A stretch of 64,000 nucleotides of DNA from Eledone cirrhosa (lineage: Eukaryota): positions 79,918,001-79,982,000 of the forward strand of contig OZ024745.1 in the NCBI GenBank assembly GCA_964016885.1, read 5' to 3'. Under the pieces are notes generated by a model. It was not told the DNA's origin and ran no database searches. It saw nothing but the letters and a program-made list of their open reading frames with translations. The translations under genes were made by a program, and so were the position numbers. Positions 11,583 through 25,153 of this stretch are shown here, piece after piece (the stretch's first letter is position 1; every line of letters begins with the position of its first letter).

Positions 11583-11854
11583 TACTTCCCTTGCTTTTAT
11601 CGAGAATCTAATTGTAATACGTGACGTATTCTATTCTATAGCGATTAGGTCTTCAAAATGTTTATTATAAACATACAGAATATTTTCGAATATTCTATGT
11701 CTATATTCACATATATATCGCTATTTCAGAGCATTTATTCCAATTTCTAATTTCTGCCGGACCGGCAACCGCTCTTTCAAACCAGTTCCTGTACACAGCT
11801 AAGTATTCTATAAGTCTCTAGCTGTGTCATTCTCGATAAAAGCACTGGATATGT

Positions 11855-11893
11855 AGTCCTGACGATTTCTAACGAGAATGAAACGCGTAGACT
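11855..11893 (+). ncRNA. Hammerhead ribozyme (array copy)
   Basis: Identical motif at +1244. Confidence 0.88.
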
Positions 11894-12008
11894 TACTTCC
11901 CTTGCTTTTATCGAGAATCTAATTGTAATACGTGACGTATTCTATTCTATAGCGATTAGGTCTTCAAAATGTTTATTATAAACATACAGAATATTTTCGA
12001 ATATTCTA

Positions 12009-12048
<40 letters not shown>

Positions 12049-12201
12049 AATAATGGAGCTGCGGCGTTGCAAATGGGTTACATATGAAAAAGTAAGTCCT
12101 TCATCAGTGGCCCTCCAACCGTCCTAGGCATTTCATCGCTTTAAGGGCCATATACCTCAGGTTGGTGCGAACAACGGCTAAAAAAAGTCGTTGGGACACG
12201 T

Positions 12202-12240
<39 letters not shown>

Positions 12241-12386
12241 TGTATATAGTCCAGAAATAGCCGTCAAAACGGCTTGAACTCTGACGTCGGGGTCCTGACC
12301 CTTTTCCTATTACCCACTCTACTACCCAAAGTATTGAATACTCTGGTGCATTATGGTCCACCTGGTTCCTTACCACACTTCCTTCG

Positions 12387-12714
<328 letters not shown>

Positions 12715-15700
12715 CATCATCCTCATCATCGTTTAACGTCCATCTTTCACGCTTGCATGGGTTTGGACGGAAGTTTTCCCACTTGAGGCAAGATTGGTTG
12801 TCTTGCTCGCATAGGACTGTCTGGCGGGTTTTCTACAGTTGGATGCCCTTCCTAACACCATCCACGTTTACAGTGTGGGGCTGGGAGGTTTTTACCGTGT
12901 TGCCTACACGGCCACATTACAGCGTGGACTGTGTGTTTTTTTATCGTGACACCTACACGACCTCATTTGTTTCGGTACCAACATAACTTTACATTTAAGG
13001 GGGTGGTGTGGATGGGGTGGGGGTAGTGGGACGGGGGTGTATTTTTGTTAGAGGTGCCTACTGACTGTAGGTTTTGCTTTGTACTTAGGCAAGGCGGGTC
13101 TTCTGTATTACTGTGTAGCGCCAAAGCTCTCGGTCCAGTGACATTGTCTTGGAGAGGTGTAAGTGTGTAAGGTCGGAATTCATCAAGTCGTCCCAGGTTT
13201 TTCTGGGTCTGCCTACTCCGTGGCTACCGTCTATTTTTATTGCCCTGCACTTTTTTATACACTTTTTTACACTTTCATGCGCATCACGTGACCGTACCAA
13301 CGAAGTCTTCTCTCGAGTAAACAACATCTGATCCCTCTTATTTCTACTTTTTCCTTTAGTTCGTTTATGCTTTGCCGTTCACGTATATTACTATTACACA
13401 TCCAGCGGAGCATGCAAGCTTCGTTCCTCTCCGGTCTGCGTATATTCTCTGCACACAATGCCCAGATCTCACTGCCATGTATAACATTGCTGTTTGTATG
13501 CAGGCATCATAGAGCCTGCCTTTCATTTTTAGAGAGAACCCTTTAGCGGCTAATAGTGGTATAAGCTCTCTGAATTTTTTCCATCCAGTTCTGACTCTAG
13601 CTACTGTACTTTCAGAGCACCCTCCACCACTGCTGATTTTGTCACCCAAGTAAGGGAAGGTGTCCACTATTTCTATAGAACCATCTGTGCAATGGAATGA
13701 GCTAGTATTCTATGGGCACTTGCTGCTACTTATTGCACCAGAGCACCGGCCACATATAAAATCTATATTCTTAGTTAGCTTACCTGTGATCCCACTACAT
13801 CTTTTATGCACCCATACTTTGCATTTGGGACATAAAATGGAGTTTCTGCCTACTCCTTTCCTACACACTGAGCATGGCCATTTCCCGGATGGGATCGGTG
13901 CCCTATTTTCCTTCCTACAAACTAGAACTTTAGTCTTAGACAGGTTAATTTTAAGGCCTTTTGATTCTAGGCCATGCTTCCATGTTTAGAATTCCTTCTC
14001 TAGTTCAGCCATTGATTCAGCTATGAGCGTTAGATCATCTGCGTATAGGAGTTCCCATGGGCAGCCGGTCTTGAACTCCACTGTTATAGCCTGAAGGGCA
14101 ATAATAAATAGTAGGGCGCTAAGAACGGAGCCCTGATGAACACCAACTTTTACGCTAAACTCTTCACTATATTCGTTGTTAATTCTAACCTTGCTGACTG
14201 TTTCTTTATACATGGCTTGTATAGCTCTCACAAGCCATTCATCAACACCTAGTTTTCTAAGAGCCCACCAGATAATGGAATGGGGGTCTCTGTCAAAGGC
14301 TTTCTCCAAATCGACAAAAGCTAAGTATAGGGGTTTACTTTTAGCTAGGTACTTCTCCTGTAGTTGTCGTACAATGAAAAGAGCGTCTGTGGTACTTTTA
14401 CCTGACACAAACCCGAACTGCATTTCATCTAGATCAATTCGCTCTCTGATTAGTTGCGCTATTACTTTTTCTGTGACCTTCATGACCTGGTCGATTAATT
14501 TAATGCCTCTATAGTAACCCCTATCTAGGGCATCTCCTTTACCCTTGTAGCAGTTAATGATGATGCTGCTACGCCAGTCCTTCGGAACAACCCCATTCTG
14601 TATGACTTGGTTTACTATCCGTGTGACCATGGTGTGTCCCAGCGTTCCAGAAGCTTTCAGCATTTCAGCAACTATTTCCGAAGGTCCAGCCGCCTTACCC
14701 GTCTTCATATCTTTGATTGCCTTTTCTTATTATACTACCTTCGACTAACACTGCTGGTCCCTCTATTGGATCGATGTGGGGGAGACTGTCTTTCTCCCAT
14801 TTATTCTCCTCATTTAGTAGCCTTTCGTAGTGACACTTCCAAGCTACCTTCTTATCAGCGTCGGTGATGGCAAGTATGCCATCATCATTAAGGACCCACT
14901 TCTCCCCGACAATATCACGGTTTTCCTTGACACATTGCCTAGCAATCCTGAACATCTCACGTTTTTGGTCCTTGCGTTGTAGAACATGCTTGAACTTTCT
15001 TTCCTCTGCTTCCCTTCTTGCGAAGTACACTTGTCTCCTAGCTTCCCTCCTGGCCACTTGATAGTCTTCTCTACTTCCCCAATCCCGCCATACTTTCCAA
15101 GCCTGCTTTTTGGCCTTAATTGACTCCTCCACCTTACTGTTCCACCATCACGTTACTCTCCTCCTGCCTATAGGCCTGCTCCAGCCACAGACTTCATCTG
15201 CCGCCATCAGCAGGTTTGCTTTCAGGAATTCCCACTGTTCCTCTATATTGTACGACTCTAATTGCTCTTCCTTACTGTCGAAAGCATCAAGTAATATGCT
15301 TTGAAATTTATTACTGGCTGTGGGGTCCTTTAGCTTTCATATTTTTCTCCTGAGGATAGTCCTCCTCTGTTGTCGAGTACGTCTCGTCCTGACTATGAGG
15401 TCGCTAATTATGAGTCTATGTTGGGAGGTGCATTCTTCATGGGGGAGGGATTTAGTGTTTACAACAGAACACTCTGTCACGTCTTCTGGTAAGGATATAA
15501 TCTATCTGACCTGCGTGTTCCCCTGATCTATAGGTGATCAAGTGATTGTCTCGTTTTTTGAAGTTAGTGTTGCAGATAGTTAGGTTATTTGCGTCACAGA
15601 ATTCCAGGATTCTGGAGCCTTCCTCATTTCTAGTACCAAACCCATAGCCTCCATGGATTCCGTCATAGCCGTCACAATGTTGTCCAACGTGACCATTTAG

Positions 15701-16480
15701 GTCGCCAGCAATAATTATATAGTCACTGTCGGTTATTTGGGAGGTAGTGAGCATCAGTGTCTCATAGAATCTGTCTTTTATAGCGCCAGGCAGTCCGGAT
15801 TGGGGTGCGTACGCAAATATTACTGTCACAGTAGTTCTATTTAGAACAAGTCTTATTTTAATTATTCTGTCATTCACTCTATTTACGTCTATTATCTTAT
15901 CCACCCATTTTTCTGCTAACATGATTCCTACCCCACCCAGCCCATTGTCATTTCCCACCCAGAAAAGCTTATAGCATCGTTTTTTACCCACAATGAATCT
16001 AGCAGACCCGCCCCTCCACCTGGTCTCTTGGATACAGCAAACATCAACCTCCTTACGTTCAAGCATTTCTACAACCTCGTTAGAGCGACCTTTTAAAGTG
16101 CCTACATTTATGGTACCAACTCTGAAGTTTTGGATTGCGTTTGGTGGGTGGGGCGCGGGGAGGGGGGAGGGGATGGGGTTGGGGTTATGTTGGCCATCCG
16201 CGGCCGAAACAAAGAGGAGGAGTCCTTGCCCTTTCGTCCGGCAGCATGAGGTGAATTTGTCGTTATCTTTGGCATTGCCTCCGAGTGTCCAGATTCGTCA
16301 GACTCTCCAGAAATTCCTTAGTCCATCCATCATATCGAAAAGCAACCAGGAGAAGTGATAGCATAGGCCGCTGACTTATGATTGGTCCAAATGATAATGG
16401 TAGAGAGTGGGGGAGGGGTGTGGGGTAGTTAGCGAGGAGAAGGTTTTAAATAAAGCATATAACAGTAACAAGCGATATAC
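12715..16480 (-). mobile_element. Near-full-length RTE-clade LINE (APE endonuclease + RT with Cys-rich finger), frameshifted
   Basis: EN: VDVCCIQETRWRG, YAPQSG, AGDLNGHVG, IDYIL (15452-16066). RT: GKAAGPS, FVDLEKAFDR, GVHQGSVLS, LLYADDL (13986-14708). C-terminal LRWYGHVMR and GRPRKTW motifs, and a (GAT)n tail at 12715-12730. The ORF is broken into at least five pieces. Confidence 0.92.
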
Positions 16481-16701
16481 TAGGATTTTAAAATACACAA
16501 GATTATTTAGAACAGCCAGATAGAATTATAGAATAGCATTGAGAAAGTAGGATTGGATTCTGGGCGATTATACAGATATATGGATGAATGAACCGAAGGG
16601 TGGGGAGAGGAGAAGAAAATGGTATTTTTACATTACACTTCGTAGAAGTGGACTGACCATTAATAAGAGTTGACAAATTCCGTATATATATATATATATA
16701 T

Positions 16702-17940
16702 AAAGTTAACTTGTCTAAGACTAAAGTTCTAGTATGTAGGAAGGAAAATATGGCACAGGTTCCCTCTGGGAAATGGCCATGCTCAGTGTGTAGAAAAGGA
16801 GTAGGCAGAAATTCCATTTTATGTTCCAAATGCAAAGTATGGGTGCATCAAAGATGTAGTGGGATCACAGGTAAGCTATCTAAGAATGTAGATTTTATAT
16901 GTGGTAGGTGCTCAGGTGCAATAAGTAGCAGCAAGCGCCTACAGGATACTAGCTCCTTCCATTGCACAGATGGTTCTATAGAAATAGTGGACACCTTCCG
17001 TTACCTGGGTGGCAAAATCAGCAGTGGTGGAGGGTGCTCTGAAAGTACAGTAGCCAGAGTCAGAACGGGATGGAAAAAATTCAGAGAGCTTATACCACTA
17101 TTGGCCACTAAAGGTTTCTCTCTAAAAATGAAAGGCAGGCTGTATGATGCCTGCATATGAACAGCTATGTTACATGGCAGTGACACATGGGCATTGTGTG
17201 CAGAGGATCTGCTGGATGTGTAATAGTAATATACGTGAACGACAAAGCATAAATGAACTAAGTGAGAAATTAGGTATAAGAGGGATCAGATGCTGCTTAC
17301 CCGAGAGAAGACTTCGTTGGTATGGTCACGTGATGCGCATGAAAGATGACAGCTGTATAAAAAAAAGTGCAGGGCGATCAAAATTGACGGAAGTTACGGA
17401 GTAGGCAGACCCAGAAAAACCTGGGACGATTTGATAAATTCCAACCTTACACACTTCCACTTCTCTAAGACAATGTCACTGGACCAAGATCTTTGGTGCC
17501 ATGCAGTAATACAGAAAACCTGCCTTGCCAAAATACAAAGCGAAACCTACAGTCAGTAGGCCCCTCTTAATCAAATATACACCCCCTCCCACTACCCTCA
17601 ACTCCTCCACTCCCATCATAACCACCCCTTTCGATGTAAAGTTATGTTGGTACCACAACATCCAGTCCTAAATAAATGAGGTTGTGTAGGTGTCACGACA
17701 AAAAAACACACAGTCCACGCTGTAATGTGGCCGTGTAGGTAACATGGTAAAAACCTCCCAGTCCACACTGTAAATGTGGTTGGTGTTAGGAAGGGCACCC
17801 AGCCGTAGAAAACCTGCCAGACAGACAGTCCCATTCGAGCGAGACGACCGATCTTGCCTCAAGTGGGACAATTCCCGTCTAAACTCATGCTAGCGTGGAA
17901 GATAGACGTTAAACAATGATGATGATGATAATGATGATAT
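16702..17940 (+). mobile_element. 5'-truncated copy of the same RTE LINE family
   Basis: KTKVLV...KWPCSVCRKGVGRNSILCSKCKVWVHQRCSG...FRYLG...LRWYGHVMR. The 3' UTR matches 12715-13090 inverted, and the copy ends in a (GAT)n tail. Confidence 0.9.
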
Positions 17941-18318
17941 ATTGTTGTAAAAACATGGTATAAAATATCCAAAGGTTTAGAATACTCAGTCTATGGGACA
18001 AGTTATGTATAATCAGTTCACAACAGTGGCATTACGCAGATAATCGAGTTTCATTGGACTTGTCACTATTTTGTATCATAAACTACATGCGTTTACATTG
18101 TAAATGATGGTTCAAAGATTTAAAACACTCATAAAATGTTGTTGTTTTTTAAATAGCCCCATTACAATATACTTTTCAGCATCAGAGGATAAATATATTT
18201 GCAAGTTCATCCTCTGCTCTATATATACATGTATAGATCTGTAACCCATACATAGATCATAGATATTTAGCACTGATTAATTAGAATACTTAATGATCAT
18301 TTTAAAATTGATGCTTAT

Positions 18319-18620
18319 ATTTCACATTTGGCCTAGACCTATCACCAGTTTTGAGAACCTACATTTCACATCTGGCCCAGACTTGTTGCCAGTTTTGGGG
18401 GGCTACATTTCAAATCTGGTTTGGGTCTATTACATACTTTGTGAGCCGACATTTCACATCTGGCCTAGACCTATCACCAGTTTTGAGAGCCTACATTTCA
18501 CATCTGGCTAAGATTTTTCACCAGTTTTGAGAGCCTATATTTCACATCTGGCCTAAGCTTATTTCTAGTTTTGTAAGCCTACGTTTCATATCTGGCCTTG
18601 GTCTATCACCAGCTTTGTAC
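18319..18620. repeat. 44-bp minisatellite, ~7 diverged copies
   Basis: The unit atttcacatctggcctagacctatcaccagttttgagagcctac recurs at 18319, 18363, 18406, 18450, 18494, 18538 and 18582. Confidence 0.85.
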
Positions 18621-18809
18621 AAGCCTGACTAGCTATGACCAATCAAAGAATTTTTGTCATTTTCAGTATTGATGTTTTTGTTTTTTTGTTTTTTGTCAGG
18701 CATAGTAAATCAAAGCCTATATTATCCAAAATATATTCTTTTTTAAATATTTGAGTGAGATTTAGCTGATATATCTAGAAGAATTTGTCAGCTGTTTAAC
18801 CGAATTTGT

Positions 18810-19650
18810 GAACCACAAAAACTAAAGTGTTAATAAGTAGGAAAGAAGACAAGGACCTGAGCCCATCAAGGAAATGGCCTTGCTTTATGTGTAGAAAAGG
18901 AATAGGCAGAAACTATATGATGTACACAATGTAAATCTTGGGTAAAACAAGGGATGTAGTAGGATAGTAAGCAGACTAATAGGAAAGGAAGACTTTGTAT
19001 GTTCATGGAAAATTGATAGTAAGAGTGTCAGCGATATATGCCTTTTTCAATCCCAGGTAGGAACCATAGAAGTGGTTGATAGCTTCTGTTATCTAGGTGA
19101 CCTAATTAGCAGTGTAGGTGGGTGCTCCAGGAGCATAGCAGCTAGAATAAGAACAGGATGAAAGAAATTTAGAGAGTTATTAGCACTGTTGGCAACAAAA
19201 GGTTTATCCCTGTAAATGAAAGGCTAGCTGTGTGATGCTTGTGTGTGATGCACAATTCTGCATGGTAGTGAGACTTGAGAATTGTATGCAGAGGATATGC
19301 AAAAGCTGGAGAGAAACGAAGTGAACATGCTTCAATGGATGTGCAGTGTTAATATGCATGAATGACAAACCTTGGATGAACTGAGAGAGAAACTGAGTAT
19401 AAGAGGAATCAGATGTGTGCATTGGTATGGACACGTGACGCTCATGGATGATGGTCACTGGGTGAAGGTGTGCTAAGTAACTGAGTGGAAGGAAGACCAA
19501 GAAAGACCTGGGCTGAAGTTGAGAGAGTTGATCTCAAATCACTGAAGCCCATGGTAGAGATGACAAAAGAGAGATGCTGTGCTGAAAAAGACACATCCAA
19601 CCCAAGTGAGCATGGGCAAGCAGACATAAAATGATAATGATGGTGATGAT
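18810..19650 (+). pseudogene. Older degenerate 3' fragment of the RTE LINE
   Basis: Collinear similarity to 16702-17450 (ggaaatggcc...tgtagaaaagga, ttatctaggtgac, gaaattagagag, tggtatggacacgtga) with a (GAT)n tail. Confidence 0.8.
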
Positions 19651-19859
19651 GAATAGTAATGAATTCTAACTTGGCCATAAAACTACTATGTAGACTATAT
19701 CAATCCCAATCAAGGCTGGATTAAGTTAGAGCCTGTAGCATATGCTATAAAGAAGCCCTAAATAACCACAAGCATGACTGTATGGTTAACGAGTTCACTT
19801 CCCAACCATCTGATTTCAGGTTCACTCCCACAGCATAGCACCTTAGACAACTGTGATAA

Positions 19860-21390
19860 CCGAAATACTTGCACTTGATTCAACCTCCTACTTTCTATCA
19901 CTCGTGAACACGGCCCCAAGATACTTTAATTTTTCCGCTTGCTTCAGTGGAACTCCTCGCATATGTGGAATGCACTGTACAGACTTCTTTGAGAAGACAA
20001 GTGTCTCAGTCTTTGTAGCATTGATTTTCATTCCTGATGTGCAGCACTGAGCAGTGAACCTGTCTACTGCATGCTGGAGATCAGCTCCTGATGAGTTAAA
20101 TAATACCATGTCATCTGCAAATTCCAGCTGACTGATCCTACACATACCAGTTGTGATACCACTTCCAACCCACCTTGTTCATGAAGATTTGTACAGAAGA
20201 AATGAGAGTATGCACCCTTGGTGGAGGGCAACACCCACATTGAATGGTTTCAATTTAGCACCATTTATCTGAACACAAATACTAGAGTATTCATAGAGAG
20301 ACTGCAATAAGAAGCTGTTCATCAGCTCACTTGGACTCGACAGTATCCCAACATCTCTTTGCCAGACACTTAGCATAGACTTTACCGAGAAGGCTTAACA
20401 AGAATATCCTTCTATAGTTGAAGAATTTCTTTTTGAGAATTGGGATTATCACTTCCAATTGCCATTGCTTAGGTGCCTTTTCAGAGATCCAAGCACTCGG
20501 CACACATGAGTCAGTCAGAGAATATCTTCTCTATTTAAGGCTTTTAACATCTTAGGCCAAATTTCATCCTCCTCAGCAGCCTTGCCACATTTGAGCTCTT
20601 TAATTGCTCTTTTGACCTCAGCCTCTGAGAGTTTAGTCATCACTCCTAGATGCACCTCATGTACACCAAAAGATGCTGTTGTGATTGAGTTTAAAGTATT
20701 CTTTCCACCTCATGAGATGCATATCTCTGAAGAGAGAAGAACTCCAGGCACATTCCTGATAGCAGGCATGGAGGAGTATTTTTTATAAAGTCGACAGATG
20801 ATCTGCCAAAACACTTTATTTATTGATCTGAAGTCAAATTCCAGTTTAACCCCAAAGTCCATCCATGTGTTAACTTAGGATGCCTTTAATGTCTCTGTAT
20901 CACAAGTGCAAGAAGGAGAACTTATTTTCAAGCCAAACTTTGTAAACCTCTTTCTTTGCTCGGATAGCATCCTTGACGTCCTGATTGAACCAAGGAGTCC
21001 TCCTAACACCTGGTACCACACCAAGCAGCTTTCGGCCACAGCATTTAATGGCTCAAGAAGTTCTCTGAATTTGGATGCATTAGTATCAGCATACCTGGTC
21101 CTGAATTCCTTATTAGCCAGCGTTTCCAACTTTATCCTGTAGGTCAAGCTGGGAGTTGGCTTTAGGTAGTCTCAGGCTGCAGATAATTTGAAGGTGATCA
21201 GTTGACAACTCAGCCCCTCTCTTAACACAAAAATCCAATACAGAATTGAAGAGAGAATAAGAAAATTAATTATTGATCTGTTTCCCTGATTTCCCTTATA
21301 CATGTGTATTTATGGATGTCTTTGTGCTAGAAAAGGGTTTTCATAATAGAGAACTCATTACTAGAACAGAAGTCTAATAACGCCTGTGTT
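19860..21390 (-). pseudogene. Degenerate RTE-type LINE (second subfamily), EN end through RT
   Basis: PFNVGVALHQGCILS, LEFADDMVL, GMKINATKTE and KYLG motifs in minus-strand ORF fragments. Confidence 0.8.
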
Positions 21391-21694
21391 AAGTGATAGT
21401 GTTTTGGCCATGATAAAAAGCACTCAGTCCACTCCTAAAAGCGATAGTGCTGGCACCACGATAAAATCCACCCAGCACACACTGTAAGGTATTTGGAATT
21501 AAAAAGAGCATTCTGCCATATAAACCTTGCTAAAAATGGAATGTATCAAGCAAAAGGTCACACAGGTCCAAACTGGTCTCAGACCATGACAACACGCCCA
21601 ACCCATGCAAGTATGGAATACGTACGTATAATGATAATGATGATGGTGATAAAAATGATGATGAGAAGGGTATGGTGAGGTTCGTATGTGGAAA

Positions 21695-21766
<72 letters not shown>

Positions 21767-22263
21767 GATATTATGCGTGTGTGTGAGGTTGTGGATGTGT
21801 GAGATTGCGTGTGTGAAATTATATATTCTCTGATATTTTAAACAGGGGAGATAACAAAGGTGTGGAGTTTAACTTATTACCTTCCTTACTCCACACCTTT
21901 TCTTCTCACAATGTTTTTTTTTTTGTCATTTTTTTTACGTTACACCTGTATTTAAATGTGTATGTATGTATATATCGATCGACTTTCGTCAAATCGGACC
22001 GATTAAACAATGTTTTCGGCTGTCTTTCCAGTTGATAGTACGATCTATCGGTCGCAAATCCAGGTAGAAGGAGAACGCGAAATAAAGTGTCTTGCTCAAG
22101 GACATAACGCATCGCCCGGTCCAGGTATCGAACTCGCAACCTCAAGATTGTGAATCCAATTCTCAAAACCACTCAGCCACACACTATATATATATGACGC
22201 TATAGTCACTTATATATTATGGAATACTGTTGGCTTTTTGCTACAATGTTTTCTATACCTTTC

Positions 22264-22311
<48 letters not shown>

Positions 22312-22576
22312 GGAAAAAAATGAAACGAAATTTCATTTCTCACTCTTAGTACGGCTGTTACTTAAATATAAGTATGTATACGTACATACATATATGTATA
22401 CAGACGTACAGTAGTATGTATATATATATATATACATACATGCACATATATATATGTACGTATGGATTCACCGAACATTATTATAATGCTCGGTGTGTTT
22501 GTAAAGAAACATCCCGAATTAAGCCGTACAGTGTCTAGCAACCATCGTTGTTCATTTGTTCAACACTGACAAAGGA

Positions 22577-22619
22577 ACGATGTACTAGTTTCAAGCTTAT
22601 TAGCTATCGTCAGCAACGT
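22577..22619 (-). ncRNA. Type I hammerhead ribozyme (same family as 1554-1596)
   Basis: The minus strand reads acgttg-CTGACGA-tagct(aata)agctt-GAAA-ctag-TA-catcgt. It lies inside fold-back 22309-22785. Confidence 0.78.
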
Positions 22620-23398
22620 ATACCTTCCTGCCAGATGATTGAACGTCTGAAAGTATATACTTTCCTTATGCATATTAACGGCCGAGCAGCCCAATTTGCA
22701 GATCGAGTGAGTTAATCAGCAGGGGTACCGTAACTGCCGTACTAAGAGTGAGAAATGAAATTTCGTTTCATTTTATTCGTTTATCGTTTTCGGTACCCCG
22801 GCCGATTAACTCACAAGGGGGTGGAGGTCTAACCTCTAATCTGTACCTTTTCTTCCTAACTACTTCTCAATTCTTATTATTACTCACCACAACATTATCC
22901 ATTCTTCGATCTTTCCTCATATCATTGGCCATAAAAATTATTTTTTTAATACATTATAGTATTACCATTAGAAGTCCTTCGTAAACATATAATTTTTTGA
23001 CGTTAGATTTTTTTTCTTCCTTAAATTTTTTTTATCTCCTCCATCTTTTCATACTCGTTTTAAACTACTACTTAATTTGACTTTTACATATTACAATACA
23101 TAAAAACAAACTTAAACCCTAACTAATTTCTTTTAATACATTATTACCATTAGAAAATATTTCGTAAACATAAACTTTTTGATGTTAGATATTTTCTTCC
23201 TTACACATTCTTTTCTTCTTTTCCTTCCTCGCTCATTTTTAAACAAATTATTTACGTACACATTACATAAAAACAAACTTAAACCCTAACTAATTCCTCT
23301 AAATTCATAACTCATTCATTCTTCTTCTTCTTTTCACATTATATCCTTAATAACATTAATATTTTTATTTTAATAATACATATTAATAAATTCTTTTC

Positions 23399-24105
23399 GG
23401 CGATATCCAATTTTAGTGGACTAAATGCTGCTTACGTGCTGTAGTTGCTGTTTACTTCAATGTATGAGGCTATTCCAACAAATTTACATTCCCTTTTTTT
23501 TAGCCGTTAAAAGAAATATAGATTTATTTATTGTTTTGTTTTTTTGCGATTTATTTGCCACTGGGGCATAGATTTCTTTATTTGCCACGTTTTTGTTTGT
23601 TTGTTTTTGCCGATCTGTGGGGATATGTCGCAGGCCAACAAATGGTCCTCTTCTTCCGATACCTCTTCGAAAGAAGGATCAAGGTGGAGAGAAAGGCACT
23701 CAGTCTCAGCCAATTCCATGAAAGATGGGTGAAAGTAGCAATAATGGCCTGTGTAAGTGGCCCATCTCTCTATATCGGCTTGTACAGGTAAGAGAAGAAG
23801 GGAGCACCCCTCTCTCTGTGCTCCCTAGCAGAAAGGTCGCACACTTTCTACGGGGGTGTGTGTGACCCCAAAAGGCTGCCTCTCTATTGAGGACTTAAAC
23901 AAACAAACAAACAAAAACGTGGCAAATAAAGAAATCTATGCCCCAGTGGCAAATAAATCGCAAAAAAAAACCAATAAATAAATCTATATTTCTTTTAACG
24001 GCTAAAAAAAGGGAATGTAAATTTGTTGGAATAGCTTCATACATTGAAGTAAACAGCAACTACAGCAAGTAAGCAGCATTTAGTCCACTAAAATTGGATA
24101 TCGCC
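23399..24105. repeat. Fold-back: ~210-bp inverted arms around a ~290-bp LINE-3'-end-like spacer
   Basis: 23399-23608 is the reverse complement of 23897-24105. The spacer encodes GQQMVLFFRYLFERRIKVERKALS...RWVKVA followed by two stem-loops. Duplicated at 31565-32271. Confidence 0.8.
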
Positions 24106-24631
24106 TTCTTTTCCTCGCACATATTATTAAACCCTTCAATATACAAACCTTAATTTAATACTATTCTTAATTCCTTTTTCTTCATGCATAAACGTCATTA
24201 ACTTTTAATTTTAAAATCTTTTAAATTATCTATTATCTTCCAACGGCTTTTTAATTTCTCTCTGTGAGACAATCAGATGTAAAGGCTATCTCTCTCTCTC
24301 TATCACCCATCTCTCCTCCTCTCTCATCCTTCTTATACCCCTCCCCCACCATTCTTTACTCTCATCTCTTCTTCTTCCTTACCTTTTCCACCCCCCCCCC
24401 TCACTTTTTCCCAATCTCATACATCAATCTTAATTTATTTTTCATATGTTGATGTACTTTTCTACTTTTGGCACAAGTACTGGTACTTTATTTTATCGAC
24501 CCCGTAAGGATGAAAGGCAAAGTTAACCTTGGCGGGATTTGAACTCAGACCATAAAGGGCCGTAAGAGTTTGTTATATATATATATGTGTGTGTGTGTAT
24601 ATATATATATCATCATCATCATTTTACGTCT

Positions 24632-25153
24632 TTACATTTTCATTAATATTACAACATTAAAAGAATATATCCTTCTGAAACAATCGCGAACAATTTATAA
24701 TGTTATCTAAGCATTTGTAATGTTATTTTTGTATATATTTAAAACATATTTGTTATGTTATTCTACTGTAAATTTATTTATATGCTTTTCCACAAAATAT
24801 CTGGTACCGTTTCTTCCTATTTTCCACAAAATATCCTTTGGCAATGTAAGAGAAGCAGCATTTATCATTACTTATTATAATATAGATTACTCTGTGTAAA
24901 ACATTCAAATTCAGCTGATCGATATCGAAACAATTGTCATATATTAATAAAGTTTGTATAAAACTATAGAACATTTTTCCACGATCGTGGAAAAATGTTG
25001 TTGTATAGTTTTATACAAAAATAACATTACAAATGCTCGTATAGTTATATACAAAAATAACATTACAAATGCTTAGATAACATTATAAATTGTTCGCGAT
25101 TCTTTCAGAAGGATATATTCTTTTAATGTTGCAATATTAATGAAAATGTAAAG
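24632..25153. repeat. Fold-back element with hammerhead 3'-half remnant in the loop
   Basis: 24632-24737 inverts ~25047-25153. GAAAcaattgTC lies at ~24927-24938. Duplicated at 32796-33317. Confidence 0.7.

Larger units (their letters stand above)
9847..12013. mobile_element. Array of 311-bp hammerhead-bearing monomers (retrozyme/PLE pLTR-like): 2 units on minus, ~4.9 units on plus, palindromic about 10484
   Basis: Period is 311 (ttggaataaatgctc at 9847, 10158, 10469). The symmetry centre is ...aaatgctc-A-gagcattt... Units are near-identical, each has a hammerhead, and (TA)n lies on both flanks. Confidence 0.9.

Noticed and set aside
12060-12275. CTGATGA on the minus strand (~12101-12107) and gtccaGAAA on the plus strand
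   Set aside because: The halves are on opposite strands and do not form a complete ribozyme. This is probably a rearranged PLE end.
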